A stretch of 64,000 nt of DNA, taken from NCBI GenBank assembly GCA_905216055.1, contig CAJMSH010000002.1:167079-231078 (forward strand), given 5' to 3'. Shown one piece after another: positions 1 to 8,080 of this stretch. This DNA comes from an uncultured bacterium (lineage in GTDB: Bacteria > Cyanobacteriota > Vampirovibrionia > Gastranaerophilales > Gastranaerophilaceae). How positions within the stretch are numbered: the first letter of the stretch is position 1; every line of letters begins with the position of its first letter. The notes beneath the pieces were generated by a model. The model made no database searches and was not told the DNA's origin. It worked only from the letters and a program-made list of their open reading frames with translations. The position numbers were made by a program, and so were the translations under genes.

Positions 1-1041
1 GCAGGTCCTGGTATGAAACAAGAACTTGACGGAGTTGATCCTCAAACTGAAAAAACTTATATGCACAAATACATCTTCCCAGGATTTTCAGTAGGTGAAG
101 TAAAACCTCTAAGAGGCCCAGGAAGACGTGAAGTAGGTCACGGGAATTTAGCAGAAAGAGCAAATATTCCAGCCCTTCCATCTCAAGAAGAATTCGGATA
201 TACAATTCGTGTAACATCTGATGTATTAGAATCAAACGGTTCAACATCAATGGCATCAACTTGCGGTTCATCTATGGCTCTAATGAATGCTGGTGTTCCT
301 GTAAAATGTATGATAGGCGGTGTTGCAATGGGTATGATTACCGAACCCGGCAGAGAACCTGTTGTTCTAACAGATATTCAAGGTATCGAAGATTTCTTGG
401 GTGATATGGACTTCAAAGTTACAGGTAATGATACAGGAATTACAGCCCTACAAATGGATATGAAAGCTAAAGGTATTGCAAATGAAACATTACGCCGTGC
501 CCTAGCTCAAGCTAAAGAAGGCAGATTACATATCTTGGGCAAAATGAGAGAAGTAATTTCAGCTCCTGCTGATCATCTATCACCATTTGCACCAAGTATT
601 ATGACAATGACAATTCCAACTGAAGATATCGGAACAGTAATCGGACCTGGCGGAAAACAAATCAGATCAATTATTGATGCTTCAGGTGCAGAAATCGATA
701 TTCAAGATAACGGAGTTGTTACAATAACTTCTAACGACCAAGAAGGTGCTCAAATCGCTAAGAAAATGATTAAAGATTTAACATTCAAAGCTGAACCGGG
801 AATGGTTGTTAAAGGTAAAGTTGTTAAAATAATTCCAATCGGTGCATTTGTTGAACTTGCTCCGGGAAAAGATGGAATGGTTCATATTTCTCAAGTTTGC
901 AACGAAAAAATTGACACTATTGAACCACATCTTCATATAGGAGATGAAGTTATCGTTAAAGTAATTAAAATTGATGACAAAGGTAGAGTTAACCTTACAA
1001 TCAAAGGCGTTTCTGAAGAAGAAAAAGCACAATTTAATTAA
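1..1041 (+). CDS. pnp: Polynucleotide phosphorylase (PNPase), C-terminal ~340 aa including KH and S1 domains; 5' end lies outside the window
   Basis: Open frame from nt 1; the translation matches the PNPase catalytic core 2 and the KH/S1 tail (GPGGKQIRSI, S1 motif MVHISQV); stop TAA at 1039-1041. Confidence 0.9.
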   Translation, partial: AGPGMKQELDGVDPQTEKTYMHKYIFPGFSVGEVKPLRGPGRREVGHGNLAERANIPALPSQEEFGYTIRVTSDVLESNGSTSMASTCGSSMALMNAGVPVKCMIGGVAMGMITEPGREPVVLTDIQGIEDFLGDMDFKVTGNDTGITALQMDMKAKGIANETLRRALAQAKEGRLHILGKMREVISAPADHLSPFAPSIMTMTIPTEDIGTVIGPGGKQIRSIIDASGAEIDIQDNGVVTITSNDQEGAQIAKKMIKDLTFKAEPGMVVKGKVVKIIPIGAFVELAPGKDGMVHISQVCNEKIDTIEPHLHIGDEVIVKVIKIDDKGRVNLTIKGVSEEEKAQFN

Positions 1042-1071
1042 GCTAACTGATAACAAAATTTAACCATTTAA

Positions 1072-1113
1072 AACAACAGTTGAAAATATCAACTGTTGTT
1101 TTATTTTATTTTG
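1072..1113 (+). terminator. Rho-independent terminator downstream of pnp
   Basis: Hairpin aacaacagttg/caactgttgtt followed by ttttattttattttg. Confidence 0.7.
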
Positions 1114-1146
1114 TGCTAAGCTAAAATTAACTGGAGGACATTTAAG

Positions 1147-2193
1147 ATGTGCGATGTTATTACTATCGGAAGCGCAACAATGGATGTATTTGTTGAAAGT
1201 GATGATGCAAACATTGTTTCAGTATCCACAAAAAACAAAAAATCAGAATTTATGAGTTACCCCTACGGAGCCAAAGTTGAAATTAGTGAATTTACATCAC
1301 AAGTAGGCGGAGGCGGAATTAACACAGCATGTAATTTCGCAAATCTGGGACTTAAAACCAGTGCCATTTTCAAAATAGGAGATGACATTTATTCTGAAGG
1401 TATTTTAGAATCCTTTAAAAATAAAAATGTAGATTTATCAAATATAATTCAAAACCCTGAAGAAAGCACAGGTTTTTCAATAATTTTAGTAAGTTTCCAA
1501 GGTGATAGAACTGTACTGGCTCACCGTGGAGCAAACGCTACTATTAAAAAAGAAGATATAAATTTTGACACAATAAAAAATGCAAAATTACTATATATTG
1601 CACCACTTAACGGTGAAAGTACAAAAGTTCTTGACGATATTGTAAATTTTGCAAAAGAAAATCATGTAAAAGTTTGCTTTAATGCAGGTTCATCAAGTTT
1701 GAAAAAAGGATTTAGCTATCTTAAAAAGATATTAGAAAACGCACATATTGTTGTGATGAATAAAGAAGAAGCTTCAATGGCAACTCAAATCCTTGTTAGA
1801 CCTGATACAAGAGAAGAAAAATTCTCTGATGCACTTATTCACCCTGACGTTAAAGAAATGTTTAAAAAATTAAAAGTCAGAGATTATCAAATTATTGTAA
1901 TAACTGACGGTGGCAAAGGTGCTTATGCCTATGACGGCAAAAAATATTATTATTGTCCAGTATTTGACGGACCTGTTGTTTCAACATTAGGAGCTGGAGA
2001 TGCTTTTGCATCAACCTTCTGCGCAGCTCTTGGCAAAACCAAATTAGATATAGGCAAAGCTTTGATGTACGCATCAGTTAATTCATCAGGTGTAGTTTCA
2101 GAATTTGGGGCTACACAAGGGCTTTTAACATTTGATGAAATCGAAAAAAGATTAAAAGCAAAACCAGAATATACATACCAAATTGATAAATAG
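1147..2193 (+). CDS. PfkB-family carbohydrate kinase (ribokinase/fructokinase-like)
   Basis: 348 aa; N-terminal GG dipeptide region and C-terminal PfkB signature TLGAGDAFAS; RBS ggagga 6 nt upstream. Confidence 0.75.
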   Translation: MCDVITIGSATMDVFVESDDANIVSVSTKNKKSEFMSYPYGAKVEISEFTSQVGGGGINTACNFANLGLKTSAIFKIGDDIYSEGILESFKNKNVDLSNIIQNPEESTGFSIILVSFQGDRTVLAHRGANATIKKEDINFDTIKNAKLLYIAPLNGESTKVLDDIVNFAKENHVKVCFNAGSSSLKKGFSYLKKILENAHIVVMNKEEASMATQILVRPDTREEKFSDALIHPDVKEMFKKLKVRDYQIIVITDGGKGAYAYDGKKYYYCPVFDGPVVSTLGAGDAFASTFCAALGKTKLDIGKALMYASVNSSGVVSEFGATQGLLTFDEIEKRLKAKPEYTYQIDK

Positions 2194-2204
2194 ATATTAA
2201 ATAT

Positions 2205-2750
2205 TTAATTTAAATATTTTAAGACTTTACAAGGTGTTCCCACAGCTACAACGTTTGCGGGAACACTTTTGTCAACAACACTACCTGCTCCGATTATAGA
2301 ATTATCACCAATCGTAACACCGGGGAGTATTGTAACATTTCCACATATCCAAACATTATTCCCAATTATGACAGGCTTTGTATAAATAACACCTTTTTCT
2401 CGTAAATCCGCATCAAATGGATGTGTACTTGTATAAATCGCGCAATTTGGTCCGACAAGTACATTATCTCCAAAAATAACTTTGTCAGCATCTAAAATAA
2501 TCAGATTGTGATTGGAATAAAAATTTTCGCCAATCTCAATATTGTACCCGTAATCACACAAAAAAGGCTGTTCTAATAAAAAAACTGATTTTGTTTTTGC
2601 CAATATGCTTTTTAATAATTCTAACCTTGCACCAATCATTTCAGGCGAAATTGAATTATATTTATGACAAAGAGCCTTGCATTTAGTACGTTCATAAAAC
2701 AACTTTTTTGTATCATCCGAAGATTTTGAATTTTTATTAATATTATCCAT
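2205..2750 (-). CDS. Sugar O-acetyltransferase (maltose/galactoside acetyltransferase family, hexapeptide repeat)
   Basis: 181 aa; left-handed beta-helix hexapeptide repeats (IGDNSIIGAGSVV, VGTPCKV) typical of the Maa/LacA family. Confidence 0.75.
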   Translation of the reverse strand: MDNINKNSKSSDDTKKLFYERTKCKALCHKYNSISPEMIGARLELLKSILAKTKSVFLLEQPFLCDYGYNIEIGENFYSNHNLIILDADKVIFGDNVLVGPNCAIYTSTHPFDADLREKGVIYTKPVIIGNNVWICGNVTILPGVTIGDNSIIGAGSVVDKSVPANVVAVGTPCKVLKYLN

Positions 2751-2923
2751 ATCTTAAAATAACCTGTAAATTAAGCACTAAATTATCTACAACAACCAAA
2801 ATAAACCACTTCAATATAAATTTCCTTAGCAGAATAACTAATTTAAGTTATTATATTAATTTTTAATAACTATTTTAATTTCCGCATTTTATAGTATAAT
2901 ATAGGTATAAGAAGGAGAAAATT

Positions 2924-3775
2924 ATGGGATATAAAATTTTATCAAAAAAAGAGCTTTGTCCCAACCAATATGAAATTACGGTTTTAGCACCTTATGTAGT
3001 AAGAAATGCAAAAGCAGGACAATTTATAATATTTAGGGCAAAAGAAAACAGCGAAAGAGTTCCACTTACAATAGCTGATGTAAACAAAGAAAAAGGTGAA
3101 CTTACGCTTGTATTTATGGCAGTAGGATATTCTACAAAACAACTTGCCTCATTGAATGTAGGTGATGAAATTCATGATATAGTAGGGCCTTTAGGTCAAC
3201 CGACACATATTAAAAAATACGGTACTGTTGTATGCTTAGCAGGCGGATACGGTGCTGCACCATGTTATTTGATTGCAAAAGCGTTTAAAGAAGCCGGTAA
3301 CAAAGTATACATGATTATGGGTGCCAGAAATAAAGACTTAATATTCTGGCAAGATAAAATGAAAGATACTTGTACTGAGCTCTTTATAACAACAGATGAC
3401 GGCAGTTTAGGCGAAAAAGGTTTTGTAACCCAAGTTTTAGACAGAATTATGAAACAAGAAAAAGTTGATTATGCAATAGCCGTAGGGCCAATGCCAATGA
3501 TGCGCGCAGTGGCTGATTTAACCAGAGATAAAGGAATTTATACTGAAGCAAGTATGAATCCTATTATGGTAGACGGAACAGGTATGTGCGGAGCTTGTCG
3601 TATCACAGTAGGCGGAGAAACAAAATTTGCCTGCGTAGATGGACCTGACTTTGACGCACACAAAATTGACTTTGACGAAGTTATAAACAGAACAAAAATT
3701 TATAAAGACCAAGAGAAAAAACGTGATGAAAATTGTAACTTGTTGAAACAAGCTGACAAGTTAGCAAATAAATAA
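2924..3775 (+). CDS. PyrK-like FAD/NAD-binding oxidoreductase with C-terminal 2Fe-2S motif (dihydroorotate dehydrogenase electron-transfer subunit / NfnA / SudB-like)
   Basis: 283 aa; ferredoxin-NADP reductase-like fold motifs and C-terminal Cys cluster CGACRITVGGETKFACVDGP; strong RBS aaggagaaaatt before the ATG. Confidence 0.7.
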   Translation: MGYKILSKKELCPNQYEITVLAPYVVRNAKAGQFIIFRAKENSERVPLTIADVNKEKGELTLVFMAVGYSTKQLASLNVGDEIHDIVGPLGQPTHIKKYGTVVCLAGGYGAAPCYLIAKAFKEAGNKVYMIMGARNKDLIFWQDKMKDTCTELFITTDDGSLGEKGFVTQVLDRIMKQEKVDYAIAVGPMPMMRAVADLTRDKGIYTEASMNPIMVDGTGMCGACRITVGGETKFACVDGPDFDAHKIDFDEVINRTKIYKDQEKKRDENCNLLKQADKLANK

Positions 3776-3789
3776 AAAGGAGAGACATA

Positions 3790-3975
3790 ATGGCTAGAGA
3801 TATACCATACTGCCCATTAATGAGTGCAGGATCTGATATAGATAAAGTTTGTACACTTGAAAGCTGTGCCTGGTATTTGCCAAGTGTCAGAAAATGTTCA
3901 ATGTACATGCTTGCTTATAATGCTTTAGTAGAAACTAATGCAAGACAAAAAGCAGCTCACCAAAACAACAGATAA
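3790..3975 (+). CDS. Small Cys-containing hypothetical protein (61 aa)
   Basis: ORF with RBS aaaaggagagacataATG; four Cys (Cx12Cx4Cx9C); sits between the pyrK-like gene and etfB. Confidence 0.35.
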   Translation: MARDIPYCPLMSAGSDIDKVCTLESCAWYLPSVRKCSMYMLAYNALVETNARQKAAHQNNR

Positions 3976-3983
3976 GGTCTTAT

Positions 3984-4769
3984 ATGAAAATAATTGTCTG
4001 TATAAAACAGGTTCCTGATACAACAGATATTAAGTGGACCGAAAATAACACTATTCAAAGAGAAGGGGTTGAAAGTATTATAAACCCCTACGATGTTTAT
4101 GCACTTGAAGAGGCAATCAAGCTTAAAAAAGCACTTAATGATGTTGAAATAACCGCCTTAACAATGGGACCTTTGCAAGCAGAAAGTATGCTAAAAAAAG
4201 CGATTGCTATCGGTTGTGACAATGCTGTTTTAATCTCTGATAAGAAATTTGCAGGAGCTGACACTTATGCGACAGGCAAAACTATTGCAACTGCGATAAA
4301 AAACAAATTAGCGGATTTTGATTTAATCATCTGCGGGCAATTCGCAATTGACGGAGATACAGCGCAAACCGGACCTAGTATTGCCAATCAACTTGGCATT
4401 CCGCAAGTTACTTATGTAAAAGAACTAAAAAAATGCGATGGAGAATGTGTTTACGCGACACGAGAAATTGAAGAAGGTTTAGAAACCGTTAGGGTTGAAT
4501 TTCCTGCACTGATATGCGTTTTAAAAGGTTTTGAAGAACCTACAAGACCAAGAATTAATGGATTTATAAAAGCTCAAAATACAGATATCACAATATATTC
4601 AATGGAAGATATAGGATTAACTCCGGATGAAACAGGGATTAAAGGTTCTCCGACTTATGTAAGCAAAGCTTTTCGTCCTGAACACAATAGGGGAGAATGT
4701 GAAATCTGTCCTGATTGCAATATTCTTGCTCAAAAAATAAAAGAATTTGGAGGGCTTTCTAATGAGTAA
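3984..4769 (+). CDS. etfB: Electron transfer flavoprotein beta subunit
   Basis: 261 aa; N-terminus MKIIVCIKQVPDTTDIKW is typical of EtfB/FixA. Confidence 0.85.
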   Translation: MKIIVCIKQVPDTTDIKWTENNTIQREGVESIINPYDVYALEEAIKLKKALNDVEITALTMGPLQAESMLKKAIAIGCDNAVLISDKKFAGADTYATGKTIATAIKNKLADFDLIICGQFAIDGDTAQTGPSIANQLGIPQVTYVKELKKCDGECVYATREIEEGLETVRVEFPALICVLKGFEEPTRPRINGFIKAQNTDITIYSMEDIGLTPDETGIKGSPTYVSKAFRPEHNRGECEICPDCNILAQKIKEFGGLSNE

Positions 4770-5787
4770 TATTATGTTGTATGCAGAAGTTACAAAAGAA
4801 AACTACCTTCATACTGTTGTTTTTGAGCTTGCAAACAAAGCTCAGGAGCTTTCTAAAAAATTGAATAACGCATCTGTTTCTGCTCTTTTGATATGCAAAA
4901 CAGGACTTGCTGAAAACTTTAAAGAAGCATTTATAAATTCAGGCTTTGATTATGTTTATATTGCAGAAAACAACAGATTAACTCATTATTCAACAGAATT
5001 ATATTCAAAAATTGCAATTGACATTATAAATGAAGTCAAACCTGACATAATCCTTGTTGGTGCAACAACTCAAGGAAGAGATATTGCCCCAAGAATTTCG
5101 GCCTCATTACATACAGGTCTGACAGCAGATTGTATAGAACTTGATATTAATGAAAAAGGTCAACTGGCAGCGACCAGACCAACATTTGGCGGGCAATTAA
5201 TGGCTACAATATTATGCAAAACTTTACCGCAAATGGCAACTGTCAGACCAAAAGTTTTTAAACCTGCACCTGAAAATATTGTCAAAGATACGCAATTTAT
5301 TTATTTTAAACCTGAAATCGATAATATTCAAAAGAAAGTTGAATTTATTGAATTTGTAAAAGGTGTAAATACTGCAATTAATGAGCTTGATAGTGCAGAA
5401 ATAATTGTTGCAGGCGGCAAGGGAATGAAAAATGAAGCAGGATTTGAGCTTTTAAGGAATTTTGCAGAATGCCTCGGCGCATGTGTAGGTGCAAGCAGAG
5501 GTGCAGTTGATATGGGACTTGCACCTGTTGATATTCAAATAGGTCAAACAGGCAAAACCGTAACCCCAAAATTATATATAGCTTGCGGAATATCAGGAGC
5601 TATTCAACATATAGTCGGCATGCAAAACAGCGATAAAATTATTGCAATAAATAATGATGCAAATGCACCAATTTTTAAAAATTGTGATTGCGGATTTGTC
5701 GGAGATGTTTTTGAGGTTATCCCCGAATTGATAAAAATAATAAAACAGTCAAATGGGGAAAATGAACCGGATATCAATATATCGTAA
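4762..5787 (+). CDS. etfA: Electron transfer flavoprotein alpha subunit
   Basis: EtfA FAD-binding C-terminal motifs (PKLYIACGISGAIQH); probable start at internal ATG 4762 with RBS ggaggg, overlapping the etfB stop. Confidence 0.85.
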   Translation: MSNIMLYAEVTKENYLHTVVFELANKAQELSKKLNNASVSALLICKTGLAENFKEAFINSGFDYVYIAENNRLTHYSTELYSKIAIDIINEVKPDIILVGATTQGRDIAPRISASLHTGLTADCIELDINEKGQLAATRPTFGGQLMATILCKTLPQMATVRPKVFKPAPENIVKDTQFIYFKPEIDNIQKKVEFIEFVKGVNTAINELDSAEIIVAGGKGMKNEAGFELLRNFAECLGACVGASRGAVDMGLAPVDIQIGQTGKTVTPKLYIACGISGAIQHIVGMQNSDKIIAINNDANAPIFKNCDCGFVGDVFEVIPELIKIIKQSNGENEPDINIS

Positions 5788-5840
5788 ATTTATAATAATA
5801 AAAGCCAAGCAAATCGCATTTTAAATAGAAAAACTACCTC

Positions 5841-5870
5841 TTGACAAAAATTTCTAAATCATAAATAATA
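5841..5870 (+). promoter_or_regulatory. Sigma-70-like promoter candidate (TTGACA -35 with AT-rich -10 region)
   Basis: Perfect TTGACA at 5841-5846 followed 14-18 nt later by ataaat/aataat. Confidence 0.3.
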
Positions 5871-5901
5871 AAGATATTGGAAGCATAAGAGGAGTTTAAA
5901 A

Positions 5902-5949
5902 ATGAGTAATAATAAGGCTTTGAAAGTGCCCCCCCCCCGAGAAACGTAA
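5902..5949 (+). CDS. 15-codon mini-ORF (MSNNKALKVPPPRET) carrying a C10 homopolymer
   Basis: Strong RBS aagaggag 8 nt upstream of the ATG; the ORF contains the poly-C tract; the frame depends on tract length. Confidence 0.3.
   Translation: MSNNKALKVPPPRET
5929..5938 (+). repeat. Homopolymeric C10 tract (candidate slipped-strand phase-variation site)
   Basis: Ten consecutive C in a ~30% GC genome, inside a mini-ORF ~75 nt upstream of a pilin-like gene. Confidence 0.6.
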
Positions 5950-6011
5950 GTATAGCAACAATCTCCAATAATTATATTTACTTTTTAAAAGAAATGTGTC
6001 ATAATTGTGAT

Positions 6012-6680
6012 ATGAAACATCACGTAAATAAGTTTTTGGGTTTTACACTTGCTGAAATTTTAATAACACTTGGCATTATTGGTATAGTTGCAGCATTAAC
6101 TATACCCGCATTAATTGGGAATTATCAAAAGCAATAAACAATTACTAGCTTAAAAAAAGCATATAGCATTATTAATCAAGCAAAAACATTATCTACTATA
6201 GATAATGGAGAATTTGAATATTGGGACAATACACTGCCACCTGAACAATATTTAAACAAATATTGGACACCATATTTTAAAGGGGCAATAATTTGTTTTG
6301 AACACACTCAATGTGGGTATAAAGAATCTACTCCTTGGGAATCTCCAAACTGGTCTTATACTCAATTTGCGTATCCTGATTTCCGTGTACCCTTTATAAC
6401 TGAAGATGGTATTTTATATAGTATTTCTTTGAATGATACACAAGACACAGATATTGGGAAAAAACTAATTTTAATTGATACAAATGGACCTAAAAGACCA
6501 AATAAATCAGGCAATGATTTCTTTTTCCTTATAAGAACAGATGAAGGAAAGATTATGCCATACGGATATGACAAATCTCCCGATGAGATTGATGCAAACT
6601 GTATATCAGGCAATAAAGAATATTGTGCAGCAAAAATATTTAAAGACGGTTGGACTATAACAAAAGACTATCCATGGTAA
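6012..6680 (+). pseudogene. Prepilin-type (type IV pilin/pseudopilin-like) protein gene interrupted by an in-frame TAA at codon 42 (6135-6137)
   Basis: N-terminus MKHHVNKFLG|FTLAEILITLGIIGIVAALTIPALIGNYQKQ, then TAA, then the same frame continues TITSLKKAYSIINQA... to the stop at 6678-6680; the architecture parallels the intact pilin-like gene at 39133-39792. Confidence 0.6.
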
Positions 6681-6748
6681 ACAATCATTTTCTTTTGTGC
6701 TAAAATAAATTAGTAATTGACCTATTTTCAAAGAAAGGATTAAGGGAT

Positions 6749-8029
6749 ATGAACAAAGTAGTTGTTGGCGCACAATGGGGCGATGAAGGGAAAGCTAAAA
6801 TTACTGATTTGTTAGCTCAAGATGCAGATTTAATTATCAGATACCAAGGTGGCTGTAATGCAGGACACACAGTTGTTGCAAATAACAAAACTTTTAAATT
6901 TCACCTAATCCCATCAGGAATTTTATATAAAGGCAAAATTTGTTTTATAGGAGCAGGTACAGTTATTCTGCCTGAATATTTTGAAGAAGAAATTCAAGGT
7001 CTTATAAAAGAAGGGATTGATGTTTCAGGGCTTAAAATTAACCCGCTTGCATCTATCACAATGCCTTATCACACAGAAGTTGACGGATATTCTGAAAGCA
7101 CTGCAACTAAAGGCAAAATCGGGACTACTAAAAAAGGTATCGGGCCTACTTATACCGACAAAATGGCTAGAACAGGTTTGAAAGTTGAAGATTTGTATTC
7201 TGAAGATGCTTTATCAGAGAAATTAGATATAATCCTTCCTTTGAAAAATAAAACATTAAAAGAAGTTTACGGACTAAAAACATATTCTAAAGCTGAAATT
7301 TTAGAACTTTGCAAAAAATATGCAGAAATATTCAGACCTTACGTCTGCTTTGATTGGCAAAAGACTTTAGAAGATGCAAAAAGAGAAAAGAAAGCAATCC
7401 TTTTTGAAGGTGCACAAGGGGTAATGCTTGATATAGATTACGGTACATACCCTTTTGTAACCTCATCAAACCCAATCGGTGGCGGTGCAGCAACAGGTTC
7501 AGGTTACGGACCGACGATGATTGATGAAGTAATCGGAGTTGCAAAAGCTTATGTAACAAGGGTTGGAGAAGGGCCTTTTGTTACAGAACTAAAAGATGAA
7601 ACAGGTGATAAAATTCGAGAAATCGGTCATGAATACGGTGTTACAACTGGCAGAGCAAGACGTTGCGGCTGGTTTGATGCTGTTACAATGAAATATGCAG
7701 TTTTAGTCGGAGGTTTAACCTCAGTTGCGCTAACCAAAATTGATGTATTTGATACATTTGACGAAATCAAAGTTTGTACAGCATATAAAGACACAAGAAA
7801 CGGTAAAATTTACACAAGCTACCCGACAGATGTGTTTATCCACAAATATTTAGAACCAATATATGAAACACATAAAGGCTGGGGACAAGACATTACAGGG
7901 ATTACTGATTTTAACAAGCTTCCTGAAAATGCTAAAAAATATCTTGCAAGATTGGAAGAATTACTTGAAGTACCAATTTCTATCGTAAGCGTAGGCCCTG
8001 ATAGAGATCAAACCATTTTCAAAAAATAA
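6749..8029 (+). CDS. purA: Adenylosuccinate synthetase
   Basis: 426 aa; QWGDEGKAK P-loop, GGCNAGHTV, GTTKKGIGP motifs. Confidence 0.95.
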   Translation: MNKVVVGAQWGDEGKAKITDLLAQDADLIIRYQGGCNAGHTVVANNKTFKFHLIPSGILYKGKICFIGAGTVILPEYFEEEIQGLIKEGIDVSGLKINPLASITMPYHTEVDGYSESTATKGKIGTTKKGIGPTYTDKMARTGLKVEDLYSEDALSEKLDIILPLKNKTLKEVYGLKTYSKAEILELCKKYAEIFRPYVCFDWQKTLEDAKREKKAILFEGAQGVMLDIDYGTYPFVTSSNPIGGGAATGSGYGPTMIDEVIGVAKAYVTRVGEGPFVTELKDETGDKIREIGHEYGVTTGRARRCGWFDAVTMKYAVLVGGLTSVALTKIDVFDTFDEIKVCTAYKDTRNGKIYTSYPTDVFIHKYLEPIYETHKGWGQDITGITDFNKLPENAKKYLARLEELLEVPISIVSVGPDRDQTIFKK

Positions 8030-8080
8030 ACTCAAAAATAACTTTAGCAATTTTTTCATTCTTCATGTTTTAATATACAT

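Noticed and set aside
778-1056. 92-aa minus-strand ORF antisense to pnp. Similar antisense ORFs occur at 1892-2074, 3518-3908, 5378-5569, 7332-7559, 8120-8326, 9049-9357, 12455-12661, 14083-14277, 35152-36410 and 62066-62601.
   Set aside because: These lie fully inside well-supported genes on the opposite strand. Their low-complexity, F/L/I-rich translations are typical of AT-rich antisense frames, and none has an RBS or a recognisable domain.
6135-6137. Possibility that the in-frame TAA in the pilin-like gene reflects an alternative genetic code or programmed recoding.
   Set aside because: TAA is used as the normal stop by most genes in the window (pnp, purA, the pilin gene's own end, and others). 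There is no known bacterial TAA reassignment and no recoding signals, so a nonsense mutation or a sequencing error is more parsimonious.
6429-6680. Track ORF of 83 aa treated as a separate gene.
   Set aside because: It is in-frame with, and is the C-terminal part of, the interrupted pilin-like gene starting at 6012. The M at 6429 is an internal residue.
7836-7844. Perfect DnaA box TTATCCACA.
   Set aside because: It is a single occurrence inside the purA coding sequence with no clustering, and is most likely chance.
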